A stretch of 64,000 nucleotides of DNA from an uncultured Opitutales bacterium (GCA_963924995.1 CAWUUU010000028.1:197-64196); one strand, 5' to 3'. Numbered from the stretch's first letter, positions 8,867 to 20,374 are shown. The notes: generated by a model not told the origin, from the sequence alone. Made by a program: numbers and translations.

Positions 8867-9427
8867 ATGGAGGGCACGTTTCTTGATCAAGTAGAAACTG
8901 GGGAATCCCGTCTTCGAATATCATTATTCTCCGGGCAAAATGGTTTGCAGATTGTTTTATTCCGAAGGAGCAAAAAGATTCGTGCTCATCCACCACCCGA
9001 TCTTTTTGATGAGGTTGAATTTGTGACAAGACAATCGAACGACGGGCAAAGTCTTCCCTTTGTTAACGATTTTCAAATTATAACCAAGAGATCTGTGATT
9101 GCCCATAATCATTTGCACATTCAAATTGCATCTTCTCTCTCTCGCTTATTTTTAGACAACGGTTCTCATCTTTAGGATACCTTAGCTTGAAGAAACTATT
9201 TATTCGTTCCCTAATTGACTTATAGAATGGATTAGATTTTTCTTCAACATGGTTTAAAACTCTCTTTCAATTTGGCCGACTTGAGGGGCTACCGGTTAAG
9301 CAAGATGGCGCAGTTTTTTCATTGAATACAAAAATTAGTAGAACAACAGCAGACAGTGGATTTAGTAACTAATTTGGTTCATTCGCTCCGTGCTTGGTTT
9401 AACGCCGAAACTGAACTTAGGTGTTAA
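8867..9427 (+). pseudogene. Disrupted second copy of the RecO-like gene
   Basis: ORF 8867-9175 stops early; downstream frames read FKTLFQFGRLEGLPVKQD and DLVTNLVHSLRAWFNAETELRC* (TAA 9425-9427), nearly identical in protein to the end of 2-163. Confidence 0.8.
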
Positions 9428-9490
9428 ATAATAAAACCCGAGAAAACGAGATTGAACCTTGCCAATGCAAGTGAATCGGAAAAAATTATA

Positions 9491-10252
9491 ATGATGAAGT
9501 TTTTTATAATTTTCCAAATTACAATCTTAATCATTTTAAATCTCCACGCGGGTGAGGTTAAAGATATAAGTAAGGTTCTTAATATTCAATCTGGGATTGG
9601 TTGGTCGAGTTTAGGTAAAGACGATTTTGCCCAAGTTAATTGTGATGTTGATACCTTTAAGTTTAATAAGGATGGAACCATGCATTGTACCGGAAAGCCT
9701 AGCGGTGGATTACGCTCCGAAAAGATATATGAAAATTTTGAAATGGTTTTTGAATGGAGGCATAATCAATACTCTGGTAATGCAGGAATATTTATCTGGT
9801 GTCCACGGGATGTGCTGGACAAATTACCCCGTGGGACACTTCCACAGGGAATTGAGATACAAATTTTGGATATTGGTTATGAGGAAAATCATTTAAAAAA
9901 TAAGGGCAAGCATTCGGACTGGTTTACCAGTCATGGGGATATTTTCCCTGTCGGAGTCGGTAGGATGAAAGCCTTCACACCTGAGATCACTTACACCGCA
10001 AAAGATGGAACCGAGTATGATGTGGGCAAACCAACCAGTGCTCGATCGTTCCCCACAAAGAGGCTGAGTAAAGGAGTGGGCGAGTGGAATCATTACTATA
10101 TACGGGCGATAAATGGAGAGGTTCGTTTATGGGTGAATGGCGAGGAGGTGAATGGTGGGTCGGATTGTAAGCCAAGTATTGGACATATCGTGATGGAATC
10201 CGAGGGAGCTCCAGTGGATTATCGGGGGATGAAATTGCGGGAATTACCCTGA
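9491..10252 (+). CDS. DUF1080 (3-keto-disaccharide hydrolase-like) secreted protein
   Basis: YENFEMVFEWR, GNAGIF, GIEIQILD, GEWNHYYI and GHIVMESEG motifs; ATG 9491 gives a signal peptide. Confidence 0.85.
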   Translation: MMKFFIIFQITILIILNLHAGEVKDISKVLNIQSGIGWSSLGKDDFAQVNCDVDTFKFNKDGTMHCTGKPSGGLRSEKIYENFEMVFEWRHNQYSGNAGIFIWCPRDVLDKLPRGTLPQGIEIQILDIGYEENHLKNKGKHSDWFTSHGDIFPVGVGRMKAFTPEITYTAKDGTEYDVGKPTSARSFPTKRLSKGVGEWNHYYIRAINGEVRLWVNGEEVNGGSDCKPSIGHIVMESEGAPVDYRGMKLRELP

Positions 10253-10274
10253 AGTTAAAAAATGATTCCTAAAT

Positions 10275-11528
10275 ATGATGGTTCAATTATTTTCTCTGTT
10301 TCTTTTTCTCAGCTCGATTCTTTTTTCTTCTAGTCGGTCAGACAGGCATTGGCCGTCTTGGCGTGGAATAGATGGGACTGGTTCGACTACGCGAGGAACC
10401 TATCCGACCCACTTGAGTGGGAGAGAAAATTTGCTTTGGAAGGTGGAGTTACCAGGGAAGGGTTGTTCAACCCCAGTGGTTTGGGATGACCGTGTGTTTC
10501 TGACTTCTCCAAATGATGGAAAAGATACAGTTCTTGCCTTCGGGTGGAATGGAGAAAAACGCTGGCAGACTCAGGTTGGGACGGAAAGAAAAGGCAAACA
10601 CCTTAATGGATCGGGAAGCAATCCATCTGTAGTGGTTGATGGTACGCATGTTTTTGCCCTTTTTAAAAGTGGGAATTTGGCTTGTCTTAATTTTTCGGGA
10701 ACTATTATTTGGAAAATTAATCTTTCAAGTTTCGGCGAGGATTCTTTATATTGGGATTTTGGTACTTCTCCCATTCTTACCAGTAAACATTTGTTTATTG
10801 CTTTGATGAGAAAAGGAAATTCATGGTTACTTGCATTCGAACCGAAGACAGGGAAAGTGGCTTGGAAGAAGGAACGAAATTATGATACACCTCCTGAGTG
10901 CGATCATAGTTATGCCACTCCTACCTTAGTTAAGCACGAGGATAAGGAGGCAATCTTAGTTTGGGGCGCGGAACGACTGTCTCTTCATTCGGCATTAAAT
11001 GGAGAGATGCTCTGGGTTTCAACTGGTTTTAACCCCAAGAAAAAGAAGAATTGGGTGGTGGTTGGTTCACATGTGGTTTCGGGAGAGGTTGCAGTTGTGT
11101 CCTATGGTCGAGGGACTCACTTGGCTGGTATCAAGATGGGCGGAAGCGGAGATATTACAAAGACTCATCGACTCTGGACTAGAAAGAACACGGGTTGTTT
11201 TGTGCCCACTCCCGCGGTGTCGAATGGAAAAATATATATTTTGCGCGATCGTGGAGAGGTCCATTGTATCGACCCTAAAACAGGAGAAAGTCATTGGGAG
11301 GCTGCCTTCCCCCGATCCAGTTCGAGCTTCTACGGATCACCCACCGTAGCCGGTAACAAACTTTACGCTCCCCGTGAGGATGGAGTTATCCTAGTGGCTG
11401 ATATTTCGAACGGTTTTAAGTTTTTAGCTGAGAACGATATGGGTGAACGATTAGTTGCCAGCCTAGTTCCAGTAGCCAATCGTTTGTTTATTCGCGGAGA
11501 AAAACACTTGTTCTGCTTCGGTGAGTAA
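10275..11528 (+). CDS. PQQ-like/BamB-like beta-propeller repeat protein (PVC-expanded family)
   Basis: WPSWRG, LLWKVELPGKGCSTPVV, repeated WK/SP motifs and C-terminal LFIRGEKHLFCFG. Confidence 0.85.
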   Translation: MMVQLFSLFLFLSSILFSSSRSDRHWPSWRGIDGTGSTTRGTYPTHLSGRENLLWKVELPGKGCSTPVVWDDRVFLTSPNDGKDTVLAFGWNGEKRWQTQVGTERKGKHLNGSGSNPSVVVDGTHVFALFKSGNLACLNFSGTIIWKINLSSFGEDSLYWDFGTSPILTSKHLFIALMRKGNSWLLAFEPKTGKVAWKKERNYDTPPECDHSYATPTLVKHEDKEAILVWGAERLSLHSALNGEMLWVSTGFNPKKKKNWVVVGSHVVSGEVAVVSYGRGTHLAGIKMGGSGDITKTHRLWTRKNTGCFVPTPAVSNGKIYILRDRGEVHCIDPKTGESHWEAAFPRSSSSFYGSPTVAGNKLYAPREDGVILVADISNGFKFLAENDMGERLVASLVPVANRLFIRGEKHLFCFGE

Positions 11529-11597
11529 TGGATTATTTTCCAACTGAACGGGAAAAAATTCGGTTTGGTCATTTTCACTTTTCCAACCAACCACAAC

Positions 11598-12656
11598 TTA
11601 TATAATTAGCATGGCGTCGCCATAACTGAAAAAACGATACTCTTTTGTAATGGCTTCAGAGTAGAGTTCTTTGAGCTTAACTAGACCACCTTTATTTCCG
11701 TTGCTTAGGAAAGCAGCAACAAGGCAAAGAAGAGTCGATCCAGGTAGGTGGAAATTAGTTAGCAGGTGATCCACGCCAAGAAACGAATAAGGTGGACAGA
11801 TAAAAAGTTGGGCCTCAGTACGGGTAGCTTGTCCGATATGCTCGTCAGGACTGGTCAAATAATGTTCGATCGCACGCACGCAAGTCGTACCAATGGCAAG
11901 TCGTGGACGACTTGGATTTCGTAGTGAATTTTTGGTTGAGGGCGATAAAAAATATTCCTCGGCATGCATTGGGTGGTCTTCTACCCGTTCAGTTTCGATT
12001 GGGCGAAAGGTGCCCAGTCCCACGGAAAGAGTGAGGTCATTAATTTGATGACCGTTTTGTTCAAGTGTACTTAGAATTTCAGGCGTGAAGTGAAGGCCTG
12101 CGGTGGGGGCGGCTACTGCTGAACGATTTTTTTCTTTTGCATAAACTGTCTGGTAGCGAAGTTCATCATCTTTTTCGACTGAGCGTCGTACATACGGAGG
12201 TAAGGGGAGGGTTCCAATTCTTTGGGCAAGCGTGGAGGGATCGGCATCTTTGGGTAGGTCAAATTTTACAAGATATTCCCCCGAGTCTAAGGATTGAATA
12301 ACTTCGGCAGAATACTCATCGGCTAGTCCAAAAAATTTGGCTTTGGCCGTTTTACCACCTGGTTTAAGTAAGCATTTCCAAATCGTTTCAGGCTGATCGC
12401 CTGGTCGGAGCAGGAGGCATTCGACTGAACCACCCGTGGCTCGTTTCCCATGAATGCGTGCTTTGAGTACAGAGACATCGTTTCGAAAAATGGCGAGATT
12501 AGGTGGCAAGAGGTCGGGCAATTCGTGAAAATGGTGATGACTGATCTGATTACTTGCTCGATTATAAACGAGTAATCTAGAATGGTCCCGTTGTTCGCAC
12601 GGAGATTGGGCAATTAAATTGCTTGGGAGTTCGTAAAGTAGTTCCTTAGTTAACAT
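11598..12656 (-). CDS. queA: SAM:tRNA ribosyltransferase-isomerase
   Basis: LIAQSP, PLPPYV, YQTVYA, AAPTAGLHFT, TNFHLPGSTL and YRFFSYGDAM. Confidence 0.96.
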   Translation of the reverse strand: MLTKELLYELPSNLIAQSPCEQRDHSRLLVYNRASNQISHHHFHELPDLLPPNLAIFRNDVSVLKARIHGKRATGGSVECLLLRPGDQPETIWKCLLKPGGKTAKAKFFGLADEYSAEVIQSLDSGEYLVKFDLPKDADPSTLAQRIGTLPLPPYVRRSVEKDDELRYQTVYAKEKNRSAVAAPTAGLHFTPEILSTLEQNGHQINDLTLSVGLGTFRPIETERVEDHPMHAEEYFLSPSTKNSLRNPSRPRLAIGTTCVRAIEHYLTSPDEHIGQATRTEAQLFICPPYSFLGVDHLLTNFHLPGSTLLCLVAAFLSNGNKGGLVKLKELYSEAITKEYRFFSYGDAMLII

Positions 12657-12736
12657 AAAACCATCCTTTAAAACTCATCGACAAGCGAAGATCAATCGCC
12701 TAAAACTTTAAATAAAATCCTTAACCTGCCTTCTAC

Positions 12737-14719
12737 ATGAATGAAAAAGAGCCCGTTAATCTTGTAACTCCTCCAATCTCCGTTTCGAGCAATGCCCATA
12801 TCTCAACAATGGACGCGTACCAAAAGGAGTATCAACGTAGCGTCGATGACCCCGAAGGTTTTTGGTCAGAAGTCGCGGAAAATTTTCATTGGTATAAAAA
12901 ATGGGATCAAGTCCGTTCTTTTAATTATGAGATGGGGGATTCTCCGATTGAGATTAAATGGTTTGCAGGAGCAAAAACAAATGTTTGTTACAACTGCGTC
13001 GATAGGCATCTTGAAACACGAGCTAATAAAACGGCTATTATCTGGGAAGGAAATGAGCCCGGAGAGGACAAAACTCTAAGTTATCAAGATTTACATCAGC
13101 AAGTGAGTAAGTTTGCGAATGTTCTTAAAAGCCGAGGTGTAAAAAAAGGGGATCGAGTTTCCATTTATATGCCTATGGTAGTAGAGGCAACGGTGGCAAT
13201 GCTTGCTTGTGCTCGGATCGGGGCAATACATTCAGTGGTATTTGGAGGTTTTTCTGCGGAGGCGTTATCAGACCGAATTGTTGATTCGACTTGTAAGACA
13301 TTAATCACGGCCAATGGTACTTTTCGTGGAGCCAAAGCAATCCCGATGAAACCAAATGCAGATCTGGCGATGGAGCGTGCCTCTACACAGATGGAAGAGA
13401 ATGTGGAAACATGCATTGTTGTTCGGCGTGTCGGTGAAGAATCTGGGATTGATTGTGAGATGAAAGAAGGCCGCGATCTTTGGTGGGATGAGGCGATGGA
13501 AGGTGCGAGCGATGATTGTCCCTGTGAGGAAATGGACGCCGAGGATCCATTATTTATTTTATATACTTCCGGGTCCACGGGTAAGCCAAAAGGAGTATTG
13601 CATACCAGTGCGGGCTACATGGTCTACACTGCAATCACTCACAAGTATATTTTTGATTACCACGAAGATGATATTTATTTTTGTGCTGCGGATATTGGCT
13701 GGATCACTGGTCATTCTTACATTGTTTATGGTCCACTTGCGAATGGAGCTACCACTACAATGTTTGAGAGTATTCCGACTTATCCCAACCCTGATCGTTA
13801 TTGGCAGGTGATTGAAAAATGGAAAGTAAATCAATTTTACACGGCACCCACCGCAATCCGTGCAATTGCCGCCGCCGGAGAAGAATGGCCCAATAAATAC
13901 AAAATGAACAGTTTGCGCATTTTGGGAAGCGTGGGTGAACCCATAAATCCGGAAGCATGGCGTTGGTATCATCGCAATGTGGGAAAAGAAAGATGCCCAA
14001 TCGTAGACACTTGGTGGCAGACTGAGACTGGTGGTATTCTTATTTCACCATTACCGGGAGCCACACCATTGAAACCTGGTTCTGCAACATTCCCCTTCTT
14101 TGGAGTGAAGCCAATTATACTTGATCCGCAGACTGGAGAAGAGATTAAGGGGAATGGAGTGAATGGCGTTTTAGCAATTGAAGAACCTTGGCCCGGGCAA
14201 ATGCGAACGATTTATGGTGATCATGAGCGTTTTGAAAGTACTTATTTCCAGCAATATAAAGGCTACTATTTTACTGGAGATGGTTGTCGACGAGATGAAG
14301 ATGGTTATTATTGGATTACCGGTCGGGTGGATGATGTGATTAATGTATCGGGACACCGGATGGGAACGGCGGAAGTCGAAAGTGCTTTAGTGGCCCATAA
14401 AGATGTCGCAGAATCTGCAGTGGTTGGATTCCCTCATGAGGTGAAAGGGGAGGGCATTTATGCCTTTGTTACTTTGAATTCGGGAGTCGAGTATTCAGAG
14501 GAATTACGAATTGAATTAAAGCAACAGGTACGAACTGTGATTGGACCGATTGCCACGCCCGATCAAATTCATTGGGCACCTGCATTACCGAAAACTCGTT
14601 CAGGGAAGATTATGAGAAGGGTTTTGAGAAAGATTGCCACCAATGAAACGGATCAAATTGGAGATGTCTCCACATTGGCTGATCCAACTGTGGTGGAGCA
14701 CCTGATTGCGAATAGGTGA
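12737..14719 (+). CDS. acs: Acetyl-CoA synthetase
   Basis: [20 protein letters not shown] and [12 protein letters not shown]. Confidence 0.97.
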   Translation: MNEKEPVNLVTPPISVSSNAHISTMDAYQKEYQRSVDDPEGFWSEVAENFHWYKKWDQVRSFNYEMGDSPIEIKWFAGAKTNVCYNCVDRHLETRANKTAIIWEGNEPGEDKTLSYQDLHQQVSKFANVLKSRGVKKGDRVSIYMPMVVEATVAMLACARIGAIHSVVFGGFSAEALSDRIVDSTCKTLITANGTFRGAKAIPMKPNADLAMERASTQMEENVETCIVVRRVGEESGIDCEMKEGRDLWWDEAMEGASDDCPCEEMDAEDPLFILYTSGSTGKPKGVLHTSAGYMVYTAITHKYIFDYHEDDIYFCAADIGWITGHSYIVYGPLANGATTTMFESIPTYPNPDRYWQVIEKWKVNQFYTAPTAIRAIAAAGEEWPNKYKMNSLRILGSVGEPINPEAWRWYHRNVGKERCPIVDTWWQTETGGILISPLPGATPLKPGSATFPFFGVKPIILDPQTGEEIKGNGVNGVLAIEEPWPGQMRTIYGDHERFESTYFQQYKGYYFTGDGCRRDEDGYYWITGRVDDVINVSGHRMGTAEVESALVAHKDVAESAVVGFPHEVKGEGIYAFVTLNSGVEYSEELRIELKQQVRTVIGPIATPDQIHWAPALPKTRSGKIMRRVLRKIATNETDQIGDVSTLADPTVVEHLIANR

Positions 14720-14779
14720 ATAACCTTTTTTCTTGGAACTCGCCAATTCCATAAATTTCCTTTTTTAATAGGATTTGAA

Positions 14780-15652
14780 ATGAAAATTTATTTGAACGGA
14801 GATTTTGTTGCGAAAGAAGATGCTAAGATATCTGTCTTTGACCATGGTTTACTCTATGGAGACGGAGTTTTTGAAGGCATTCGAATATATGATAGTTGCG
14901 TTTTTAAACTAGATGAACATCTCGAACGATTGGAGTATTCCGCCAAGGCGATTCTTCTTGAATTGCCCTTGGATCGTGCCCAAATGGAAAAAGCGGTCTG
15001 TGATACTTGTCGAATTAATGGATTAGAAAATGGATATGTTCGACTCGTGGTAACCCGTGGCCCTGGGCATCTAGGATTAAGCCCAGATGGTTGTGGTCCG
15101 GGAAATGTAATTATAATTGCCGACGATATACAACTCTATCCCCCGGAGTTATACGTTAAAGGACTCAAGATTATATCAGTACCGACTCGCCGGATTAATT
15201 CCTCTGCTCTTCCGCCTGCAATAAAGAGTTTAAATTACTTGAATAATATTTTGGCTAAGATTGAGGCGAAAAAGGTAGGTTTTCAAGAAGCCTTGATGCT
15301 TAACGATAAAGGAGAAATTGCCGAGTGTACGGGGGATAATGTCTTTATTATCTCCAAAGGGATTCTTTACACCCCACCTTTAGACGCCGGTTCCCTACGT
15401 GGAATTACGCGTGGAGCGGTAATTGATTTAGCAGCTGAATTGGATTTACCTTGCCGAGAGCAAGCACTTACTCGTTATGACCTTTGGACGGCCGACGAAT
15501 GCTTTCTGACTGGTACTGCGGCTGAGGTTATCCCTTGTGTAGAAGTAGATCATCGTCAAGTCGGTGATGGTGTGCCTGGTGTTATGACTCGCCGCTTAAT
15601 TGACCTTTTCCGAAAGATGGTTTTGACTGATGGTGTTAATTTAAATGCATGA
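14780..15652 (+). CDS. ilvE: Branched-chain amino acid aminotransferase
   Basis: DHGLLYGDGVFEGIR, KSLNYLNN, ECTGDNVF and TGTAAEV. Confidence 0.95.
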   Translation: MKIYLNGDFVAKEDAKISVFDHGLLYGDGVFEGIRIYDSCVFKLDEHLERLEYSAKAILLELPLDRAQMEKAVCDTCRINGLENGYVRLVVTRGPGHLGLSPDGCGPGNVIIIADDIQLYPPELYVKGLKIISVPTRRINSSALPPAIKSLNYLNNILAKIEAKKVGFQEALMLNDKGEIAECTGDNVFIISKGILYTPPLDAGSLRGITRGAVIDLAAELDLPCREQALTRYDLWTADECFLTGTAAEVIPCVEVDHRQVGDGVPGVMTRRLIDLFRKMVLTDGVNLNA

Positions 15653-15683
15653 CTTTAACCACCCGTTCATTCAAATTGTTAAT

Positions 15684-15699
15684 TTGGCACATCATATGC
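15684..15699 (+). promoter_or_regulatory. Putative sigma54 -24/-12 promoter of mcsA-mcsB-clpC
   Basis: TTGGCACATCATATGC has GG-N10-GC with a TGGCAC core, in the intergenic region about 57 bp before the mcsA ATG. Confidence 0.6.
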
Positions 15700-15755
15700 G
15701 TTGAGTTTTACAGCTATAAACATTAGATTAATTCAAATTATTAACTATTACATTA

Positions 15756-16244
15756 ATGAAATGCCACCATTGCGATAAACAAGCCACCGTTCATCTTACG
15801 CAAATTTTGAATGGTCAGATGCACAAGATGGACTTGTGCGAAAGTTGTGCACAGGCTAAGGGGGTTACCAATCCTGAAAATCTTTCGATTAGTAGTTTGA
15901 TGGATAAAGTGGAGTTGGAAGTTGATACAAGTGTAACATCTATGGTGTGTGAAAGCTGTGGTACCACTCACCAAGAATTTAAAAAGGGCGGTCGTTTAGG
16001 GTGTGAAGCATGTTACCATGTATTTCGCCCAATTTTAGACCCCTTACTTGATGGTATGCATGCTGGAACTAAGCACTTAGGGAAAGTACCCGCTGGTTCA
16101 GAGTCAAGGATTCAGTTTGAACAATCAATAGATTCTTTAAAGAAGAAATTGCAAGATGCGGTCGAGAAAGAAGACTTTGAAAAAGCCGCTGAATTTAGGG
16201 ACCAACTTAAGGATCTTCAAAATCAAGCCAAGACAACGGTTTAA
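15756..16244 (+). CDS. mcsA: McsA protein arginine kinase activator
   Basis: Four CxxC motifs, GRLGCEACY and a C-terminal UVR domain (EDFEKAAEFRDQL). Confidence 0.93.
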   Translation: MKCHHCDKQATVHLTQILNGQMHKMDLCESCAQAKGVTNPENLSISSLMDKVELEVDTSVTSMVCESCGTTHQEFKKGGRLGCEACYHVFRPILDPLLDGMHAGTKHLGKVPAGSESRIQFEQSIDSLKKKLQDAVEKEDFEKAAEFRDQLKDLQNQAKTTV

Positions 16245-16256
16245 ATTTCCAATTAT

Positions 16257-17330
16257 ATGTTCCATAAAATCTTAAACAAAGAGCCTGGCGGTAAGAAACA
16301 GCCTAAAGCAATTCCAATTACATTGAGTACTCGGATTCGCTTGGCCAGAAATTTGAGACAATTCCCATTCCCCGGACGTGCCGAAGTGTCACAAAAGCGT
16401 GCCGTTTTGTCCAAGTGTATCGATGCGATGAGCGGAATTAAAGGTCTCGATAATTCAGTTTCTGTGGAAGTGGATGATTTAAGTGAATTGGATCGTCAAA
16501 TTTTAGTCGAACAACATTTAATCAGCCCTGAACTTTCTCAAGTGGAAGAAGGATCGGGTATCGTTCTGACAGAAGATCGATCGTGTTGCATAATGATTAA
16601 TGAGGAAGATCATTTACGTATCCAGGTCCTCCGCCCAGGTTTAGACTTCAGTTCGGTATGGAAACATGCGGATGAAGTGGATTCTGGGATCGAGTCGGCA
16701 ATCAGTTACGCATATGACGGGGAATTAGGTTTTCTTACCGCCTGCCCGACCAATTTAGGAACAGGAATGAGAGCTTCTGTAATGATGCACCTTCCGGGCT
16801 TAGTCATGTCAAAAAATATGGACAAAGTAATCAATGCCGTAAATCAACTAGGCATTGCAGTCCGTGGTTTATTTGGTGAAGGATCTGATGCGAATGGAAG
16901 TATATTCCAAATTTCGAACCAGCAAACCCTTGGTGAGTCAGAATCTGCAATTATAGATCGCTTGAATAGCACTCTGGAAAGTTTAGTTCGCCAGGAGAAT
17001 TTTGCCCGTGAAAAACTGCTTCAAGATGATCGTAGTAGATTAGTAGATAAAATGAGTCGTGCCATTGGAAGTTTGAAAACTTGTCATTTAATCCAAAGCG
17101 CTGAGGCGATGGACTTAATTTCTTTAGTTCGTCTAGCCACAGACTTTGGAATGATGCCAGATAAATTTCGTGGACTGGCAGATCGAATGTTTATTGAAGT
17201 ACAACCCGGGCATGTCCAATTATCTGCAGGCAAAGCGGTTGAACCATCTCAGAGAGATGAATTAAGAGCAGAACTTTTAAGGAATCATTTTTTACGAGCT
17301 CCTCTGCTCGATCTATCTAGCCATAGTTGA
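16257..17330 (+). CDS. mcsB: Protein arginine kinase McsB
   Basis: STRIRLARN, NEEDHLRIQ, TACPTNLGTGMRASVM and QISNQQTLG. Confidence 0.95.
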   Translation: MFHKILNKEPGGKKQPKAIPITLSTRIRLARNLRQFPFPGRAEVSQKRAVLSKCIDAMSGIKGLDNSVSVEVDDLSELDRQILVEQHLISPELSQVEEGSGIVLTEDRSCCIMINEEDHLRIQVLRPGLDFSSVWKHADEVDSGIESAISYAYDGELGFLTACPTNLGTGMRASVMMHLPGLVMSKNMDKVINAVNQLGIAVRGLFGEGSDANGSIFQISNQQTLGESESAIIDRLNSTLESLVRQENFAREKLLQDDRSRLVDKMSRAIGSLKTCHLIQSAEAMDLISLVRLATDFGMMPDKFRGLADRMFIEVQPGHVQLSAGKAVEPSQRDELRAELLRNHFLRAPLLDLSSHS

Positions 17331-17363
17331 CTTTGATATATAGAAGGGTATAAATAATTAAAT

Positions 17364-19901
17364 ATGTCTGAACCGATGAGTAATTTCACGCCTCGTGCAC
17401 AGCAAGTTCTTGCTCTCGCACGAAAAGAGGCAGACCGTTTTCACCATAATTATGTAGGTACTGAACACCTACTTCTAGGATTGATCAATCTCGGCCAAGG
17501 GGTTGCAGTCAATGTTTTACAGAAGATGGGACTTGATCTCGATACGGTTAGGCAAGCAGTTGATGAACAGGTGGGACTTGGACCTGAAGCTAAACCTTCT
17601 GGCAATGTACCCTACACTCCAAGAGTTAAAAAAGTTTTAGCATTAGCTGGGAAGGAAGCGAAGTCGTTAAATCACAGTTATGTGGGGACTGAACACATTT
17701 TGCTTGGCTTATTACGTGAAGGTGAAGGGGTTGCTGCTCGCGTCCTTAAGTCACTTGATATTGATGTGGAACGTTGTAGGAATGAAATTCTTTCAGAACT
17801 CGATCCTAATTTTTCTTCGAGTGAGGAATCTGAAGCTTCAGTGGTTGGCGGAGGAGTTAGTGAAGATAAGGGGAAAGATCAAAAAACCCCTGCATTGAAA
17901 GCTTTTGGACGTGACCTTACCGAAATTGCTAAAAAGGGTGAAATGGACCCTGTGATTGGTCGTGAAAACGAAATCCGACGTGTTACCCAAGTTTTATGCC
18001 GCCGAACAAAGAACAATCCGGTTTTAATTGGAGAGGCAGGAGTAGGTAAAACAGCAATCGTAGAAGGATTGGCCCAACAAATTGCTTCGGGTATGGTGCC
18101 GGAAAATCTTTTAGATAAGCGGGTAGTGACACTTGACCTTGCACTCATGGTTGCAGGTACAAAATACCGTGGTCAGTTTGAAGAACGAATCAAAGCAGTA
18201 ATGGACGAGCTTAGAAAAGCGAAAAACATTATCATTTTTATTGATGAACTTCACACTATTGTTGGTGCAGGTGCAGCAGAGGGTGCCATGGATGCTTCCA
18301 ATATTCTTAAACCCGCTCTAAGTAGAGGCGAATTGCAATGTATCGGTGCGACTACATTAGCAGAACACCGAAAGTACATTGAAAAAGACAGTGCATTGGA
18401 TCGTAGATTCCAATCAGTCAAGGTAGAGGCTCCTTCTGTTGAGGACACGATTCTTATTTTGAAGGGTATCCGTCCCAAGTATGAAGATCACCATAATGTG
18501 AACTTTACCGACAAATCTCTAGTTGCGGCGGCCAAACTGACTGATCGTTATGTTACCGGTCGTTTCCTTCCTGATAAAGCAATTGATGCGATTGATGAAG
18601 CGGGTGCTCGATCTCGGATGGAGTCTTTAAAAAGACCTCCGGAAATTGAGAAACTTTCTGACGAGATTAAAGAAATTTGTGCAACTAAAGAGTCGGCAAT
18701 CTCAGACCAAAATTTTGAGGATGCTGCAGAAGCTCGTGATAAAGAAAAAAAATTGCGGGCAAAAAGAGAACGGGTTCTCGAAAATTGGAAAAAGAGTCGG
18801 GAAGAAAAACGGGTCTCTGTCGATGAGGACAGCATGCTCCAAGTCATTGCAGATTGGACAGGGATTCCATTGAGTCGAATGGAGGCCAAGGAATCGAAGA
18901 AATTGCTCAAGCTGGAGTCCGAGCTTCGTAAAAAAATTATTGGTCAGGATTTTGCAACAGAGGTTGTTTCTAAAGCTTTACGACGATCTCGGGCTGATTT
19001 AAAAGACCCCAAGCGGCCGATTGGTTCATTTATGTTTCTTGGGCCGACAGGAGTGGGGAAAACTCACCTTGCCAAGGTTTTAGCAGAAAGAATATTTGGC
19101 GATCAGGAATCGTTGATCCAAATTGATATGTCTGAATATATGGAGAAACATGCAGTTTCCCGTATGATTGGTTCGCCTCCGGGTTATGTGGGGCATGAGG
19201 AGGGCGGTCAGTTGACAGAGGCTATTCGACGTAAGCCTTATGCAGTAATACTGTTTGATGAGATTGAAAAAGCTCATCCAGATGTAGCCCAAATCCTACT
19301 TCAAATTCTAGAAGATGGTAGGCTCACAGACAGCCTTGGTCGAAAAGTTGATTTTCGTAATACTATCTTGATCATGACTTCCAATGTGGGGGCACATATT
19401 CTTCAACGAAATAGCTCCCTTGGTTTTTCTGCCGGAAATGCCGATGATGACTTTGATAAAATCAAAGATAAAATCATGGATGAGGCGAAAAAAACTTTTA
19501 AGCCTGAATTTTTAAATCGTCTAACTGAGATTGTGATTTTCCGCCCCTTAATTAAGGAGAGTATGCGTGCAATCGTAGACCTTGAGCTTAAAAAGATTAC
19601 TGATCGTTTAAAAGAGAAAAAGCTCAAACTTGATATCTCAGATGAAGTGAAGGAATTCCTTATTGATAAAGGCTACGATAGTAAACTTGGTGCCCGTCCC
19701 TTAAGACGAGCAGTGGAGAAGTATCTTGAAGATAGTTTAGCGGAGGAAGTGCTTTCTGGTAGTCTACGAAAGAATAAATCGATTCGTGTCCTTATCACTG
19801 ATGATGAAGAACCTAGTTTGTATTTTTCACAAGATGATGCAGATGAAAAGGTTTCTGTCTCACCGGATTCAAAAGAAGAAGACAAAGATTCTGATTCTTA
19901 A
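17364..19901 (+). CDS. clpC: ATP-dependent Clp protease ATPase ClpC
   Basis: Double Clp-N repeat, two AAA+ modules ([16 protein letters not shown]), UVR middle domain and LGF loop. Confidence 0.96.
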   Translation: MSEPMSNFTPRAQQVLALARKEADRFHHNYVGTEHLLLGLINLGQGVAVNVLQKMGLDLDTVRQAVDEQVGLGPEAKPSGNVPYTPRVKKVLALAGKEAKSLNHSYVGTEHILLGLLREGEGVAARVLKSLDIDVERCRNEILSELDPNFSSSEESEASVVGGGVSEDKGKDQKTPALKAFGRDLTEIAKKGEMDPVIGRENEIRRVTQVLCRRTKNNPVLIGEAGVGKTAIVEGLAQQIASGMVPENLLDKRVVTLDLALMVAGTKYRGQFEERIKAVMDELRKAKNIIIFIDELHTIVGAGAAEGAMDASNILKPALSRGELQCIGATTLAEHRKYIEKDSALDRRFQSVKVEAPSVEDTILILKGIRPKYEDHHNVNFTDKSLVAAAKLTDRYVTGRFLPDKAIDAIDEAGARSRMESLKRPPEIEKLSDEIKEICATKESAISDQNFEDAAEARDKEKKLRAKRERVLENWKKSREEKRVSVDEDSMLQVIADWTGIPLSRMEAKESKKLLKLESELRKKIIGQDFATEVVSKALRRSRADLKDPKRPIGSFMFLGPTGVGKTHLAKVLAERIFGDQESLIQIDMSEYMEKHAVSRMIGSPPGYVGHEEGGQLTEAIRRKPYAVILFDEIEKAHPDVAQILLQILEDGRLTDSLGRKVDFRNTILIMTSNVGAHILQRNSSLGFSAGNADDDFDKIKDKIMDEAKKTFKPEFLNRLTEIVIFRPLIKESMRAIVDLELKKITDRLKEKKLKLDISDEVKEFLIDKGYDSKLGARPLRRAVEKYLEDSLAEEVLSGSLRKNKSIRVLITDDEEPSLYFSQDDADEKVSVSPDSKEEDKDSDS

Positions 19902-19957
19902 TTTATTTTCTAACAAAACCTAATGGTTTTGTATTTTGTAACTAATCGTGTAAACTT

Positions 19958-20374
19958 ATGCAAAGATCCCTTATTCTCTTAAAACCTGACTGTATTCAAA
20001 AAGCCATTGTTGGCGATGTGATTAGCCGATTTGAAGGAGCAGGCTATTCAATTATTGCTTGCAAGCTAGTTCAATTGGATGATTCCTTGTTAAATGAGCA
20101 TTATGCCCATGTTGCTGATTTGCCTTTTTTCCCGGAGATTGCTGAGTTCATGAGTTCATGTCCGGTTATGGCTTTAGTCTTGGAGGGAGAAAATGTGATT
20201 CAAGGTGTCCGTGATCTTATTGGACCTACTGATTCTACAGTGGCGCCAAAAGGAACAATTCGAGGAGATCTTGGAACTGATCGAATGAAGAATGTAGTTC
20301 ATGCCTCCGATAGTCCAGATTCAGCATTGGCAGAAATAAATCGGTTTTTTGATGCCGATCAAATTATAACCTAG
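19958..20374 (+). CDS. ndk: Nucleoside diphosphate kinase
   Basis: LLKPD, GTIRGD and NVVHASDS. Confidence 0.96.
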   Translation: MQRSLILLKPDCIQKAIVGDVISRFEGAGYSIIACKLVQLDDSLLNEHYAHVADLPFFPEIAEFMSSCPVMALVLEGENVIQGVRDLIGPTDSTVAPKGTIRGDLGTDRMKNVVHASDSPDSALAEINRFFDADQIIT

